NCBI GenBank assembly: GCA_963827685.1
Contig: CAWHBU010000006.1
Span: 64,001 to 128,000 of the forward strand
Reading direction: 5' to 3'
Source: an uncultured delta proteobacterium
GTDB taxonomy: Bacteria > Desulfobacterota > BSN033 > UBA1163
Length of the DNA: 64,000 bases
The notes under the pieces were generated by a model. The model was not told where the DNA came from, ran no database searches, and saw only the letters and a program-made list of their open reading frames with translations. Position numbers and translations under genes: made by a program. Within the stretch, counting starts at the first letter, position 1. Every line of letters begins with the position of its first letter. Positions 29,088 through 38,808 of this stretch are shown here, in pieces.

Positions 29088-29957
29088 TTAATTATTTTTC
29101 AAGCTTATCAAACCTGTAGGTTTAAAAATTAATAAAAACCAAAAAATTATGAAGTAAATTGCTTCTTTGAAAGATGGGCTGACAAAATAGCCGCTTAACG
29201 ATTCAATTAAGCCGATGATTAAGCCGCCGATGAAAGCTCCACCCATGCTCCCCAGCCCGCCCATGACCACAACCACAAAAGCAATTAAAACGAAATAGGC
29301 CCCCACCGAAGGAAATACATAGTAAATAGGGATGAGTAAGGCGCTCGCGATCCCCACGCAAGCGGACCCTATGCCAAAGGCTAAAATAAAAATACGCTTG
29401 ATGTCTATCCCCATTAATAATGCAGCGTCTTGATTCTGACCCGTTGCCCGGATTGCTTTTCCGACATAGGTCTTTTTAAGGAAAAAATAAAGCGCGGCCA
29501 TCACTCCCACGGCGGCTAAAAAAGCAATCAAGCGGGGCAAACTGACCGTAAAGGGACCTACCCTGAGAAGAATGCTGGAATACCCGCTTTTAACGGTTCG
29601 ATAGTCTGCTTTCCATAAAAAAAGTGCCAGATTTTGTAATACGATGGAAAGTCCGATCGCAACGAAGATATGACTCCCTTCGGGGGCGTTCAAGATCGGT
29701 TGAAAAATTATACGCTGAACGAACATGCCAAAGAAAAAAAACAATGGCGTTATGATTAAAATTGAAAAATATGGATCGAAACCGAGGAGAATATATAGCC
29801 AATAACAAACATACATCCCGACCATTAAAAATTCACCATGGGCAAAATTAACGATCCGGATCACACCGAAGATGAGGGTGAGTCCTAAGCTGATCAAGCC
29901 ATAAATCCCTCCCATCATTAAGCCGTTGATGATTACCGTCACAGTCGTTTCAAGCAT
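29088..29957 (-). CDS. livH: ABC permease LivH
   Basis: NG+..GG+YGL.SLGLTLIFGV..+VNFAHG. Confidence 0.93.
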   Translation of the reverse strand: MLETTVTVIINGLMMGGIYGLISLGLTLIFGVIRIVNFAHGEFLMVGMYVCYWLYILLGFDPYFSILIITPLFFFFGMFVQRIIFQPILNAPEGSHIFVAIGLSIVLQNLALFLWKADYRTVKSGYSSILLRVGPFTVSLPRLIAFLAAVGVMAALYFFLKKTYVGKAIRATGQNQDAALLMGIDIKRIFILAFGIGSACVGIASALLIPIYYVFPSVGAYFVLIAFVVVVMGGLGSMGGAFIGGLIIGLIESLSGYFVSPSFKEAIYFIIFWFLLIFKPTGLISLKNN

Positions 29958-30070
29958 TGTCCGCCCAGTTTAGATATTTAATATTTGCGACGCATTCGGA
30001 CATTTCCGGAAGAAAAAGGAAGGAGGATATCCGGCCCCCTTCCTTCTCCGGTTCAACAATTGCTTTCTTG

Positions 30071-31333
30071 CTATTTTTTATCCCTCTCTTGCCACGTCGG
30101 CAGGGGAATTACCGGATTCGAATATTGTGCACTCTTGGGCCACAAGACATGTTGGGATCCGTCTTTCCATTGAGTCAGGTACATGAATGATCTTGAATTC
30201 TGCCCTGGATGCGGTTTCCCCGGACCAAAAAATTTTACACCCCACCCAGACGAAGTTGTCCAGAGAGGAATATCTGTTTCCCAAGCTGCCTTCGCAATGG
30301 CTTCATGTTCCAGAGATCCTGCCCGTTTGATGATGTCAAAAAGCGCCAAGGCGCCCATGTAAGCTGTTTGCGGAACAGGATATAGCAGCGGCTCTTTATA
30401 TTTCTGTTGATATCTTTTTTGGAATTCCTCAGCACCCGGTACGGCATTTTTATTTATATGGACGGGGGCATATTCTGTGTTTAAAATATAGTTTAAATCT
30501 TTCCCTAAAGCCTTATAAGTATCCGGCGTCCCCCATCCCCCGCCTAATCCTTGCCACACCTTCACGTTAAAATTCAACTCTTTGGCCTGCCGGAGCAACA
30601 GGATGGCATCGGGTGTATAGGAAGCCGCCATAAAGACATCCGGTTGGGCGGCTTTCATTCTGAGGATTGTAGAAGATAGGTCAACACTCTTAGCGCTATA
30701 AGCCTCATTAGCCACAATATTTGTAAATCCGAATTTCGGCAAGGTTTCCATCGCATATTTGGCGGTCGTCGTGCCAAAAAGAGTATCTTCATAGGCGATG
30801 GCGATTTTAAGTTTATCCGGCGCTATGCCCAGCTTTGGACACAAGACTTCTTTATAAAAATCAGCGGCCACATCAATAAAATTACTCCCGCGAGGCGTCA
30901 GCCTCCAAACGTATTGTAATCCACGTGCAGTGATAGCGTCGGAAACAGCAGCGACCACTTCAAAATAGGGTACTTCATATCTGTTGGACACTTCGCTGGC
31001 CGCAGAACAAACGGAACTCGAATAAGTCCCCATGATTAATTTTACTTTTTCTTTGGTGATGAGTCTTTCCGCCTCTCCCGCCCCCTCTGTTGCGCCTGGG
31101 GCATCACTGATAACCAGTTCAATTTTCTTCCCTAATAATCCCCCTTTCTCGTTTTGGAAATCTACCGCGATTTTTATGCCCTTCAATGACTCATTTCCCT
31201 CATGTGCAACTACCCCGCTTAAAGGTAAAATGACCCCCAGTCTTAAGGGACCGGCATTGCATTCTCGAGAATAGGCAGCTAAACAAACAAAAATTGACAA
31301 TACAACAAGCAACATCCTCATAAATAATTTCAT
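30071..31333 (-). CDS. LIV-family ABC substrate-binding protein
   Basis: Signal peptide; G+I.PLSG, N..GG+LG.KIEL+..D, G.YSS, ED+.FG. Confidence 0.9.
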   Translation of the reverse strand: MKLFMRMLLVVLSIFVCLAAYSRECNAGPLRLGVILPLSGVVAHEGNESLKGIKIAVDFQNEKGGLLGKKIELVISDAPGATEGAGEAERLITKEKVKLIMGTYSSSVCSAASEVSNRYEVPYFEVVAAVSDAITARGLQYVWRLTPRGSNFIDVAADFYKEVLCPKLGIAPDKLKIAIAYEDTLFGTTTAKYAMETLPKFGFTNIVANEAYSAKSVDLSSTILRMKAAQPDVFMAASYTPDAILLLRQAKELNFNVKVWQGLGGGWGTPDTYKALGKDLNYILNTEYAPVHINKNAVPGAEEFQKRYQQKYKEPLLYPVPQTAYMGALALFDIIKRAGSLEHEAIAKAAWETDIPLWTTSSGWGVKFFGPGKPHPGQNSRSFMYLTQWKDGSQHVLWPKSAQYSNPVIPLPTWQERDKK

Positions 31334-31478
31334 CGCTCCACCTCCTAAATAATAGTTGTTTATCTGGATAACTTGGCCTTTAATTTTTCAAGATGCCCAG
31401 TCTCTTATTCCTATTTTTAATCAGTAGGCCTTCATCCCTCCTTTCATCGAATCTAAGCGATTCATCAATGAACCCACT

Positions 31479-32165
31479 TCAACTCAGGTCAAAGCAGTTC
31501 CTAACTCTGGGTTCAGATCCCATGTCTTTTAAGACAAAATCTTTTTCCTTCAAAAGACCGTTTAATGACAAGTCAACGATTGCTTTCCGCATTTCTGATT
31601 GGTCGGCATACCCCTTGAGGTCCCACTGGCAGAGAATCCATGCATCTACAATAAATTTAATTAAATTGACAACCAGCCTTACGTTAACTTCCCGAAAAGC
31701 CCCTTTTTTGATGCAATCTCTAATAACGACTTCGTATTTTTCGACATGCTCCCTTTCTCTTTTAAACAATTTTTTCAAGTTATTCTTCTTTAACCGGTGG
31801 GCCTCTCGGTAAATTGTTAGAATCGCACCCGCCCATTGACACTGAAGATTAAATTCAGCTCCAATCATTTGAATTAATTTTTGAACCGGGTCGTCAATGG
31901 TTTCCATAATTTTATTTAATTCCTGATCCACAAGATCAGCCATAAACATATGGATCAGAAGCAGAACATCTTCTTTGGAACCGATATAGTCATAGATATT
32001 GCCAAGGCTTATTTTGGTTTCTTGGCTTAAATCTCTTAAAGTTGTTTTATGGAAACCTTTTTGTTCAATCAACTTAATAGCCGCCAAAATGATCTGTTGA
32101 CGTCGTTTTTGGACTAAATTCTCATTTTTGATTTTCGTTGGTATTTGGTAAGCTAGATTTGTCAT
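31479..32165 (-). CDS. TetR/AcrR-family regulator
   Basis: KRRQQI..AA..L...KGFH.TT+R.+........G.+YDY+.SKED helix-turn-helix. Confidence 0.9.
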   Translation of the reverse strand: MTNLAYQIPTKIKNENLVQKRRQQIILAAIKLIEQKGFHKTTLRDLSQETKISLGNIYDYIGSKEDVLLLIHMFMADLVDQELNKIMETIDDPVQKLIQMIGAEFNLQCQWAGAILTIYREAHRLKKNNLKKLFKREREHVEKYEVVIRDCIKKGAFREVNVRLVVNLIKFIVDAWILCQWDLKGYADQSEMRKAIVDLSLNGLLKEKDFVLKDMGSEPRVRNCFDLS

Positions 32166-32188
32166 TATTTTTTCCTTCCAATAAAAAG

Positions 32189-32229
32189 AACGAATGTTCG
32201 TTTTTATCATTTTCCAAAAACCTTGTCAA
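32189..32229 (-). promoter_or_regulatory. TetR promoter with overlapping palindromic operator
   Basis: Minus strand TTGACA-17-TAAAAA with extended TG; palindrome AACGAA-TG-TTCGTT at 32189-32202. Confidence 0.6.
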
Positions 32230-32407
32230 GAAAAATTATGAGACTTAAATGAATTACTTGACCAACGGCTGGGAAGCTGAAAAGGGATGCCCTTATCCTG
32301 GCGGAGAACCCCGACCTATAACCCGTAACAAGCTGAAATAATTATAGATTTAACCTACCGCATGGTCAACCCATCTTCCGCAGTTTGCCTTCGATTTTTC
32401 AAAATTT

Positions 32408-32846
32408 GCTGGGAATCGTCCCAAAATCCGAAGGGAATATTCCCTTCACCCCGAAAACTCTTCCTTTCATCGAGTTGGGGAAAAAGCTGGGGATTCCGCT
32501 GCAACAGCACGTCCAGATCTCCTATGCAGATATCTACCATTTCAAGGCGGCTATCGAGAAAGCCGGTGGGACGGACAACATGGATAAGTTGATCAAGGCC
32601 ATGGAAGATGTAGAGACGGTTTACTCCCTGGGAAAGATGAAATATGAAACCCAGAAGATCAAACCTTTCTTCCACTCTCGCAGGATGGTCGATCCTAAAA
32701 ACCCCTATAAAATGTATCCGGGAGTATGGATGGAAAGCGTTGCCCAGTTCCAGAATGATGGAAAAATCTCCTGGGTCGTCGATGAGAAGATGAAAGCCGT
32801 TCCCGGGGGTTACACTCCTCCTGCTCAATTGCGCACCCAGAAATAA
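32408..32846 (+). pseudogene. 3'-only fragment of a paralog of the 18689-20017 binding protein
   Basis: IPFTPKTLPFIELGKKLGIPLQ...PPAQLRT matches the C-terminal ~140 aa of that protein; no N-terminus, signal peptide or RBS. Confidence 0.85.
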
Positions 32847-32861
32847 CTCCTGATATCCCCT

Positions 32862-32894
32862 GGCGGACTTCTTCCAGAAGAAGAAGTCCGCCTC
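32862..32894 (+). terminator. Hairpin homologous to the 20032 terminator
   Basis: GGCGGACTTCTT...AAGAAGTCCGCC with a weak T-tract. Confidence 0.55.
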
Positions 32895-32976
32895 CTCTTC
32901 ATAAAACTTTCGAAGCATTCCTGCCGGATCGATTATTCCATCCTTGTAACTGAGAGATTACATCTTGCGGTCTTTT

Positions 32977-33209
32977 TTGCTTGACAGGCAACTCCGTTTT
33001 CCGTATATTCAACCCAACCCAAAGGGACCTCTCATCACGATTCATTCCTTCTAAAGATCCGGGCATCTTTGATTTTCTCTCAAAAATTCTGCCTGAAAAA
33101 AAAGAAGGGAGGATAGCGATGTTTACTCATGGCGAGTATTGTTTCGATCGTAAATTTACAAGAAGGAAATCCATCGTCAACTCCTTTTCAACGGGGCTGA
33201 AAGGGAGTC
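32977..33209 (+). repeat. ~233-bp intergenic repeat, copy A, with inward-facing promoter-like ends
   Basis: Colinear similarity to 38211-38442; TTGACA-17-TATATT on plus and TTGACG-16-TAAATT on minus. Confidence 0.85.
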
Positions 33210-33459
33210 GATAAATGTGCCGAAGGCCCGTAGGAGTTACTTCCTTCTGTACATTTCTTGTTTCCAAGTTTCTTTAAGAAAGATTCTTTCGGGCCTCAAT
33301 GATGGATACCGATATGGCTTTTTTTATTTCCATTTTGACGAGGGCGCTCGGTAGATCTCCCCCTGTCATTCATCTCAAGATTTATTCTTCCTTGATCGTA
33401 GTATAGGGTTCTGAACCTTCAGCTAAATCATCCGATCATCTTGATACTGGGAGGGACAA

Positions 33460-34674
33460 ATGAAAAAGACAAATTCATGGTTCTGGATTTTCGTCCTTAC
33501 GCTCCTGCTTTCCCTGACGGCCCTTGGCCAGACCGTGCAGGCCGCCGATGAGATTATCATCGGTTACAGCGGCCCCTTGAGCGGAGGAGCGGCTAAGTTC
33601 GGGTTTAACATTCAGTGGGGCCTGGAGTTAGCGGCCGACGAGATCAACGCCCTGGGCGGCGCTACCGTGGCGGGCAAAAAATACACTGTCCGCATCATCA
33701 GCGTGGACGACCGTTTTCAAGCCGCCCTGGCGACCAACAACGCCAAACGCCTGGTGCATAAAGAAGGGGCCAAGATGGTTTACAACCCCAATACCGGCGG
33801 GATTTTTGCCCTCATGGCCGTCAATGAGAATGAGAAATTTATTGTCGGAGCCTACACCACCACACAGAACGTGGTGACCGCGGGAAATAAACTCCTGTTC
33901 AAGGGGCCGCTTCCCATGCAGGCTTACGTCCACGCCTTCTCAGAAAAGGCATGGGCCCATGGATGGAAGGTTTGCGCCATGATGCCGGATGCTTACGAAT
34001 ATGGCAAGATTTGGAGCGGCCTGTTTGAGAAAGGGTGGAAAGCGAAAGGGGGTACCATCACTACAAATATTCCCGTTGATTTTATGAAGACTACCGATTA
34101 TTACCCCTTGCTGACCAAAGCGCTCGCCACCAAGCCGGATGTGATTCTCCTCGGTTCCTCCTCCGAGCCGGATGCCATGCAGATCCGGCAGGCCCGTGAA
34201 CTCGGTTACAAAGGGGGTTTTATCCTCATCGAGCGAGGAAAGCTGGACGAGATCCGGACCTTCGTGGACAACATGGAGACACTAAATGGCTGCATCGGAT
34301 CGACCCCTCTTGAGATGACCCCCCGTGACAATGTGAAACCCTTCGCCCAAAAGTTTCGCAAGAAGTATGGGGCTGACAAACCGCTGGCCACGGAACTGGG
34401 CATTTCTTACGCCAATGCCCTGATCTATGTAGGGTCCATGGTCATCGCAGGTACCACGACCGACGTCTATAAGATCATGGACGCTATGCGCAACAAAACC
34501 AAGGATGTGCTGGCGTTGCCATTTATTAAGAACAATGACCCCTACGGATACACGGGCGCTTTCCCGAACGGGGCGCTCAAAGCGAAGACTTACGGGATCG
34601 AAGTGGCCAACGGCAAATATACGGAGTGCTTTCTTATCGACACGCCCGACCAAATTTACACGGCCAAGGAATGA
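33460..34674 (+). CDS. LIV-family ABC substrate-binding protein
   Basis: Signal peptide; IGYSGPLSG.AA, A.DEINA.GG, TD+..+LTK.LA..PD. Confidence 0.92.
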   Translation: MKKTNSWFWIFVLTLLLSLTALGQTVQAADEIIIGYSGPLSGGAAKFGFNIQWGLELAADEINALGGATVAGKKYTVRIISVDDRFQAALATNNAKRLVHKEGAKMVYNPNTGGIFALMAVNENEKFIVGAYTTTQNVVTAGNKLLFKGPLPMQAYVHAFSEKAWAHGWKVCAMMPDAYEYGKIWSGLFEKGWKAKGGTITTNIPVDFMKTTDYYPLLTKALATKPDVILLGSSSEPDAMQIRQARELGYKGGFILIERGKLDEIRTFVDNMETLNGCIGSTPLEMTPRDNVKPFAQKFRKKYGADKPLATELGISYANALIYVGSMVIAGTTTDVYKIMDAMRNKTKDVLALPFIKNNDPYGYTGAFPNGALKAKTYGIEVANGKYTECFLIDTPDQIYTAKE

Positions 34675-34768
34675 TCTCGTTAGTGTGAAACCCTTTGAGG
34701 AAAGCGGGGGCTGGACTCATCTCCCCGCTTTTCCGCTCCCTTGATCACCCCGAGAAGGAGGCAGTGGA

Positions 34769-35629
34769 GTGAGTCTATTGCCGCAGACGATCATCAACGG
34801 CATCATGCTGGGCTCGGTCTATGCCATGGTCGCCCTGGGGCTCACCCTGATCTTCGGCATTCTGGAGATCCCCAATTTCGCCCACGGCGCTCTCTACATG
34901 ATCGGCGCCTTTATCGCTTTTTTCTGCATTACCTCCCTGGGGGTCTCCTATTGGATTGCTCTGGTGGTTTCTCTCGCGGCCCTTTTCATCGCGGGCATGG
35001 TTATTGAACGGTTTATCTTCAGACCCTTCTATAAGCAGCCGCACGTCAGCTCGTTCATTGTGGCTGTGGGCCTCATCTTAATCCTGGAGAACGGAGCGCT
35101 GGTTCTCTGGGGGGCGGATTTCCGGCGTATCTCCCCGCCCAACAGCGGAATCATAAACCTTCTCGGAATCACCGTCACGTTTCAGCGGCTGATCGTGATT
35201 ATCTTTGCCGCGCTCCTCATTATTGCCATCCACCTCTTCATTAAGAAGACCCGCCTGGGAGCCGCCATCGAGGCAACCTCGCAGAATCGTGAGGGCGCCC
35301 AGCTCATGGGCATCAACACAAGCTTCGTCGGACAGGTCACCTTCGGCCTGGGCACTGCCCTGGCTGCGGTAGCGGCAGTTCTGGTGGCCCCCATCCTCCT
35401 CATCTCTGCGACCATGGGTGAGTCGGTAATCGCCATGGCCTTTGTCATCATTATTCTCGGCGGGATGGGCAGCTTCATCGGGGCGGTCGTGGGCGGGTAT
35501 GTCATTGGCCTGCTGGAAACCCTGGTCTCCACTTATGTGACCAGCTATTACGTGGAGGCGCTGATCTTCGGCGTTCTGGTGCTGGTCCTGGCGGTGAAGC
35601 CGACCGGACTCTTTGGAGGGAAGCATTAA
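34769..35629 (+). CDS. livH: ABC permease LivH
   Basis: GSVYA+VALGLTLIFG+....NFAHG; GTG start after AAGGAGG. Confidence 0.93.
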   Translation: MSLLPQTIINGIMLGSVYAMVALGLTLIFGILEIPNFAHGALYMIGAFIAFFCITSLGVSYWIALVVSLAALFIAGMVIERFIFRPFYKQPHVSSFIVAVGLILILENGALVLWGADFRRISPPNSGIINLLGITVTFQRLIVIIFAALLIIAIHLFIKKTRLGAAIEATSQNREGAQLMGINTSFVGQVTFGLGTALAAVAAVLVAPILLISATMGESVIAMAFVIIILGGMGSFIGAVVGGYVIGLLETLVSTYVTSYYVEALIFGVLVLVLAVKPTGLFGGKH

Positions 35630-35634
35630 AAGCA

Positions 35635-36615
35635 GTGGGCAAAAACAATGACATAAGACGACTGGTTTATGGTCTTCTGATTCTCATCGCAATCTGCGCG
35701 CCCTTTTTCATCACGGGAAACTATCCCCGTCACATGATGGTGATGTGCGGCATCTGGGTGATTTCTTCCATGGGACTCAACCTGATCCTGGGGTACGTGG
35801 GCCAGTTGAACCTCGCCCACGGCACTTTCTTCGGCATTGGCGCTTACGCCACAGCCCTACTGATCCAGGGACTGGGTTTTTCCTTCTGGCTAGCCCTTCC
35901 CGTGGGCTGCCTGATCACGGCCTTCCTGGGGTTCCTGACCGGCCTCCCTACCCTGCGCACCCGGGGCCACTACTTTCCCATCTCCACCATGTGCCTAGGC
36001 ATATCTCTCTACTACGTTATCGCCCGTTGGGATGAGTTAACAGGGGGTGCGAGAGGTCTCTTTGGCATCCCGCGGCCCGCCGCGATTCCTTTTCCATTCA
36101 TAGGGAAGGTCTCTTTTGATACGACTCTACCCTGTTACTACCTGGTTCTTTTCTTTGTCTTTCTCACCATGCTGGCCATCTCCCGCTTCGTTCGTTCTCT
36201 CGTAGGAAAACGACTGATCGCCATACGGGGCAATGAGAACCTGGCCCAGTCCGTGGGGATTAACACAATGTGGGACAAGGTTGTCTTTTTAAGCATCAGC
36301 ACGCTTATCGCCGGACTGGCCGGCGGACTCTACGCGGCGTACATGGGAAGTCTGATGGCTGAGCAGGCCCACTTCCTGGGGAGCTTTGAGATGCTGCTGA
36401 ACGTGATGATCGGTGGGGTGGGTACCATGGCCGGTCCGTTTATCGGCGGCATCCTTCTGCCCATTCTGACGGAGGCTTTGCATTTCCTCGGCGGCCTGCG
36501 TTTAGTCGTCTACGGCGTGCTATTGATTTTGATCATGGGGTTTCTCCCCCAGGGTATCGCTGGCGGCCTGCGGGCATTGGCCCTGCATTACGGCCGGAGG
36601 AGAGATGCAAAATGA
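35635..36615 (+). CDS. livM: ABC permease LivM
   Basis: GLNL+.GY.GQ.NLAH..FFGIGAY, LR.RG.YF, LTGG..G. Confidence 0.92.
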   Translation: MGKNNDIRRLVYGLLILIAICAPFFITGNYPRHMMVMCGIWVISSMGLNLILGYVGQLNLAHGTFFGIGAYATALLIQGLGFSFWLALPVGCLITAFLGFLTGLPTLRTRGHYFPISTMCLGISLYYVIARWDELTGGARGLFGIPRPAAIPFPFIGKVSFDTTLPCYYLVLFFVFLTMLAISRFVRSLVGKRLIAIRGNENLAQSVGINTMWDKVVFLSISTLIAGLAGGLYAAYMGSLMAEQAHFLGSFEMLLNVMIGGVGTMAGPFIGGILLPILTEALHFLGGLRLVVYGVLLILIMGFLPQGIAGGLRALALHYGRRRDAK

Positions 36616-37400
36616 ATGATCTTCTGCTCGAAGCCAGAGACCTGACCAAAAACTTCGGGGGCCTGGAGGCCATCGGCCGGCTGAGTTTCAACATCCGGAA
36701 GGGGAATATCTTCAGCGTGATCGGTCCGAACGGTGCCGGGAAGACAACCCTGTTCAACCTGATCACTGCCTTTCTCCCACCCACCCTTGGGGAGATCTTT
36801 TTTAAAGGGGAAAAAATCTCTGGCCTTAAGCCCTTCCAGGTCGCCAGAAGATCCATTTCCCGCACCTTTCAGCTGACCACTCTCTTTGAAAGAAATACCG
36901 TGCTCGAAAACCTCATGATTGGACAGACGACGACGCGGAGGATGGGTGTTCTCCAGGCCTTATTGGGCGGGCGCCAGAAGAAGCTCGCGGAAAAAATGGC
37001 CATGGAGCGGGCTCACCAGCTCGCCGAATTCATCGGCCTCAGCCGGGAGAAAGAAATTCAGGGGGGCCTCCTTTCCCAGAGGGGCCAGAAGCAGCTGTCG
37101 ATCGGGTTAGCCTTGGCCTCTAACCCCGAATTGCTTCTCCTCGACGAACCGGCCGGAGGGGTGAACATGGAGGAAGTGGGTGTACTCATCGACCTCATCA
37201 GTCGTATCCGTGACTCCGGGGTGACCATTTGTCTGATTGAACATAAGATGAGTGTGGTCATGAACATCTCCGACCGCATCCTGGCCTTGAATTACGGGAA
37301 GAAAGTCACTGAGGGAACCCCGGCGGAGGTATGCCGGAACGAGCAAGTGATCAAGTCTTACCTCGGGGAGAAGTATGCTGCTACGCGTCGATCAAGTTGA
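36612..37400 (+). CDS. livG: ABC ATPase LivG
   Basis: GPNGAGKTT, RTFQ, LDEPAGG, IEHKM, YLG. Confidence 0.92.
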   Translation: MNDLLLEARDLTKNFGGLEAIGRLSFNIRKGNIFSVIGPNGAGKTTLFNLITAFLPPTLGEIFFKGEKISGLKPFQVARRSISRTFQLTTLFERNTVLENLMIGQTTTRRMGVLQALLGGRQKKLAEKMAMERAHQLAEFIGLSREKEIQGGLLSQRGQKQLSIGLALASNPELLLLDEPAGGVNMEEVGVLIDLISRIRDSGVTICLIEHKMSVVMNISDRILALNYGKKVTEGTPAEVCRNEQVIKSYLGEKYAATRRSS

Positions 37401-38085
37401 AAGCTTTTACGGTCGGTCCCAGACCCTGCACGGCGTCTCGCTGTCCGTCGAAGAAAAGGAACTCATTTGCGTCTTGGGGGCCAACGGGGCGGGCAAGAGT
37501 ACCTTGCTGAAAAATATTGCCGGGTTGGTCAAGCCTCGCAAGGGGGTCGTTGAATTCGCCGGGCGCCGGATCGAGCAGATGTCTGCCCACCAGATTGTTC
37601 GAGAAGGAGTTACCCTGTGCCCAGAGGATAAAAAGATCTTCCCTCAGATGAGCGTCCTGAAAAATCTCCTGTTAGGAGCCTGGGTGCACGGCCGGGATTA
37701 TCCCAGGATCCAAAAAAACATGGTAGAAGTTTTCGAGCTCTTTCCCATCTTGAACGACCGAAAGAATCAGATGGCGGGAACGCTGAGCGGTGGCGAACAA
37801 CAGATGCTGGTGATCGGCCGCAGTCTCATGTCCAATCCCAAGCTCCTCATGCTCGACGAACCTTCACTGGGAATTGCCCCTCTCGTGGTGGAGCGTATTT
37901 TTGAAGTGATTCGTGAGATCAATAGAAGGGGTACTACGATTCTGCTGGTCGAGCAAAATGCCTCCATCAGCCTGACCACGGCCGGCCGGGGTTATATCAT
38001 GGAAACCGGAAGGATTGTCCTGAGCGGATCAGCCTCAACTTTGCTCCAGGATGAAAAGGTGAAAAGGGCATACCTCGGAATATGA
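37375..38085 (+). CDS. livF: ABC ATPase LivF
   Basis: GANGAGKSTL, LSGGEQQML, DEPSLG+AP, VEQNA. Confidence 0.93.
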   Translation: MLLRVDQVESFYGRSQTLHGVSLSVEEKELICVLGANGAGKSTLLKNIAGLVKPRKGVVEFAGRRIEQMSAHQIVREGVTLCPEDKKIFPQMSVLKNLLLGAWVHGRDYPRIQKNMVEVFELFPILNDRKNQMAGTLSGGEQQMLVIGRSLMSNPKLLMLDEPSLGIAPLVVERIFEVIREINRRGTTILLVEQNASISLTTAGRGYIMETGRIVLSGSASTLLQDEKVKRAYLGI

Positions 38086-38210
38086 ACAAAACGACTACTT
38101 CATGATAGGGACGTCACCCGCCAACGAGGCCTCCTTTGCCTCTATGGGCCAATAGAATCTTTTCCCTTTCCAGGGGACCTTTCTGCTTCGCTAACGCGCT
38201 TGTAGTTTCG

Positions 38211-38442
38211 TTGCTTGACAGGCAACTCCCTTTTTCTTATGTTCAACCCAACCCAAAGCGACTTCTTATCACTTTTAATTTCCTCCAAAGGTCCAGGCAT
38301 CTTTGATTTTCTTTCAAAAATTCTGCCTGAAAAAAGAAAAGGATTAAAACCATGTGATTCACGGCGAGCATTGTTTTGACTATAAATTTAGAAGAAAGAA
38401 ATTCCCTGTCAACTAATTTTCAAGCAGGGCTGAAAAGGAGTC
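38211..38442 (+). repeat. ~232-bp intergenic repeat, copy B
   Basis: Colinear with 32977-33209; begins TTGACAGGCAACTCC and has GAAATTCCCTGTCAA ending at 38412. Confidence 0.85.
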
Positions 38443-38470
38443 CTTCTTGTTGCAAGTCAAGAGAAAAAAC

Positions 38471-38500
38471 TTGACAGACGATCTCAGATTTTGTTAAAAG
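38471..38500 (+). promoter_or_regulatory. Promoter of the cobamide operon
   Basis: TTGACA at 38471 and an AT-rich -10 (TTAAAA/TAAAAG) just upstream of the riboswitch. Confidence 0.5.
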
Positions 38501-38517
38501 AAATCATACAAACGGTA

Positions 38518-38702
38518 ATACCAGGTGAAGGGAACCCCGTGATCTCCGTTTAGGCGGAGCAAGTCGGGGACGGACCCGCCGCTGTAGTCCCGACCCCATG
38601 TTTTTGGGGTAAGCGCCTTAACAAAAAAGCCACTGTCCTGAGCGCGCCGAAGGATGGGAAGGCGAGTTAAGGTCGGGAGAGTCAGAAAACCTGCCTGGAT
38701 AT
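38518..38702 (+). ncRNA. Cobalamin riboswitch
   Basis: AGGT..AAGGGAA, CCCGCCGCTGT, GCCACTG, TGGGAAGG and the B12 box AGTCAGAAAACCTGCC; lies upstream of a TonB receptor and cob genes. Confidence 0.93.
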
Positions 38703-38752
38703 GCTTCACGGAAAGGTCTTCGAGGATAAGACTGTGAAGGGTGCATGCGGGT

Positions 38753-38793
38753 AAAATCCCCAGTCTTCAATGCGAAGGTTGGGGATTTTTTTT
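38753..38793 (+). terminator. Riboswitch expression-platform terminator
   Basis: AAAATCCCCAGTCTTC-loop-GAAGGTTGGGGATTTT plus T-tract. Confidence 0.8.
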
Positions 38794-38808
38794 GAACCCT
38801 TCTCCCCC

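Noticed and set aside
32981-33214. 77-aa ORF inside repeat copy A
   Set aside because: It starts in the TTGACA box with no RBS; copy B shifts frame after about 40 codons and its differences are not clearly synonymous.
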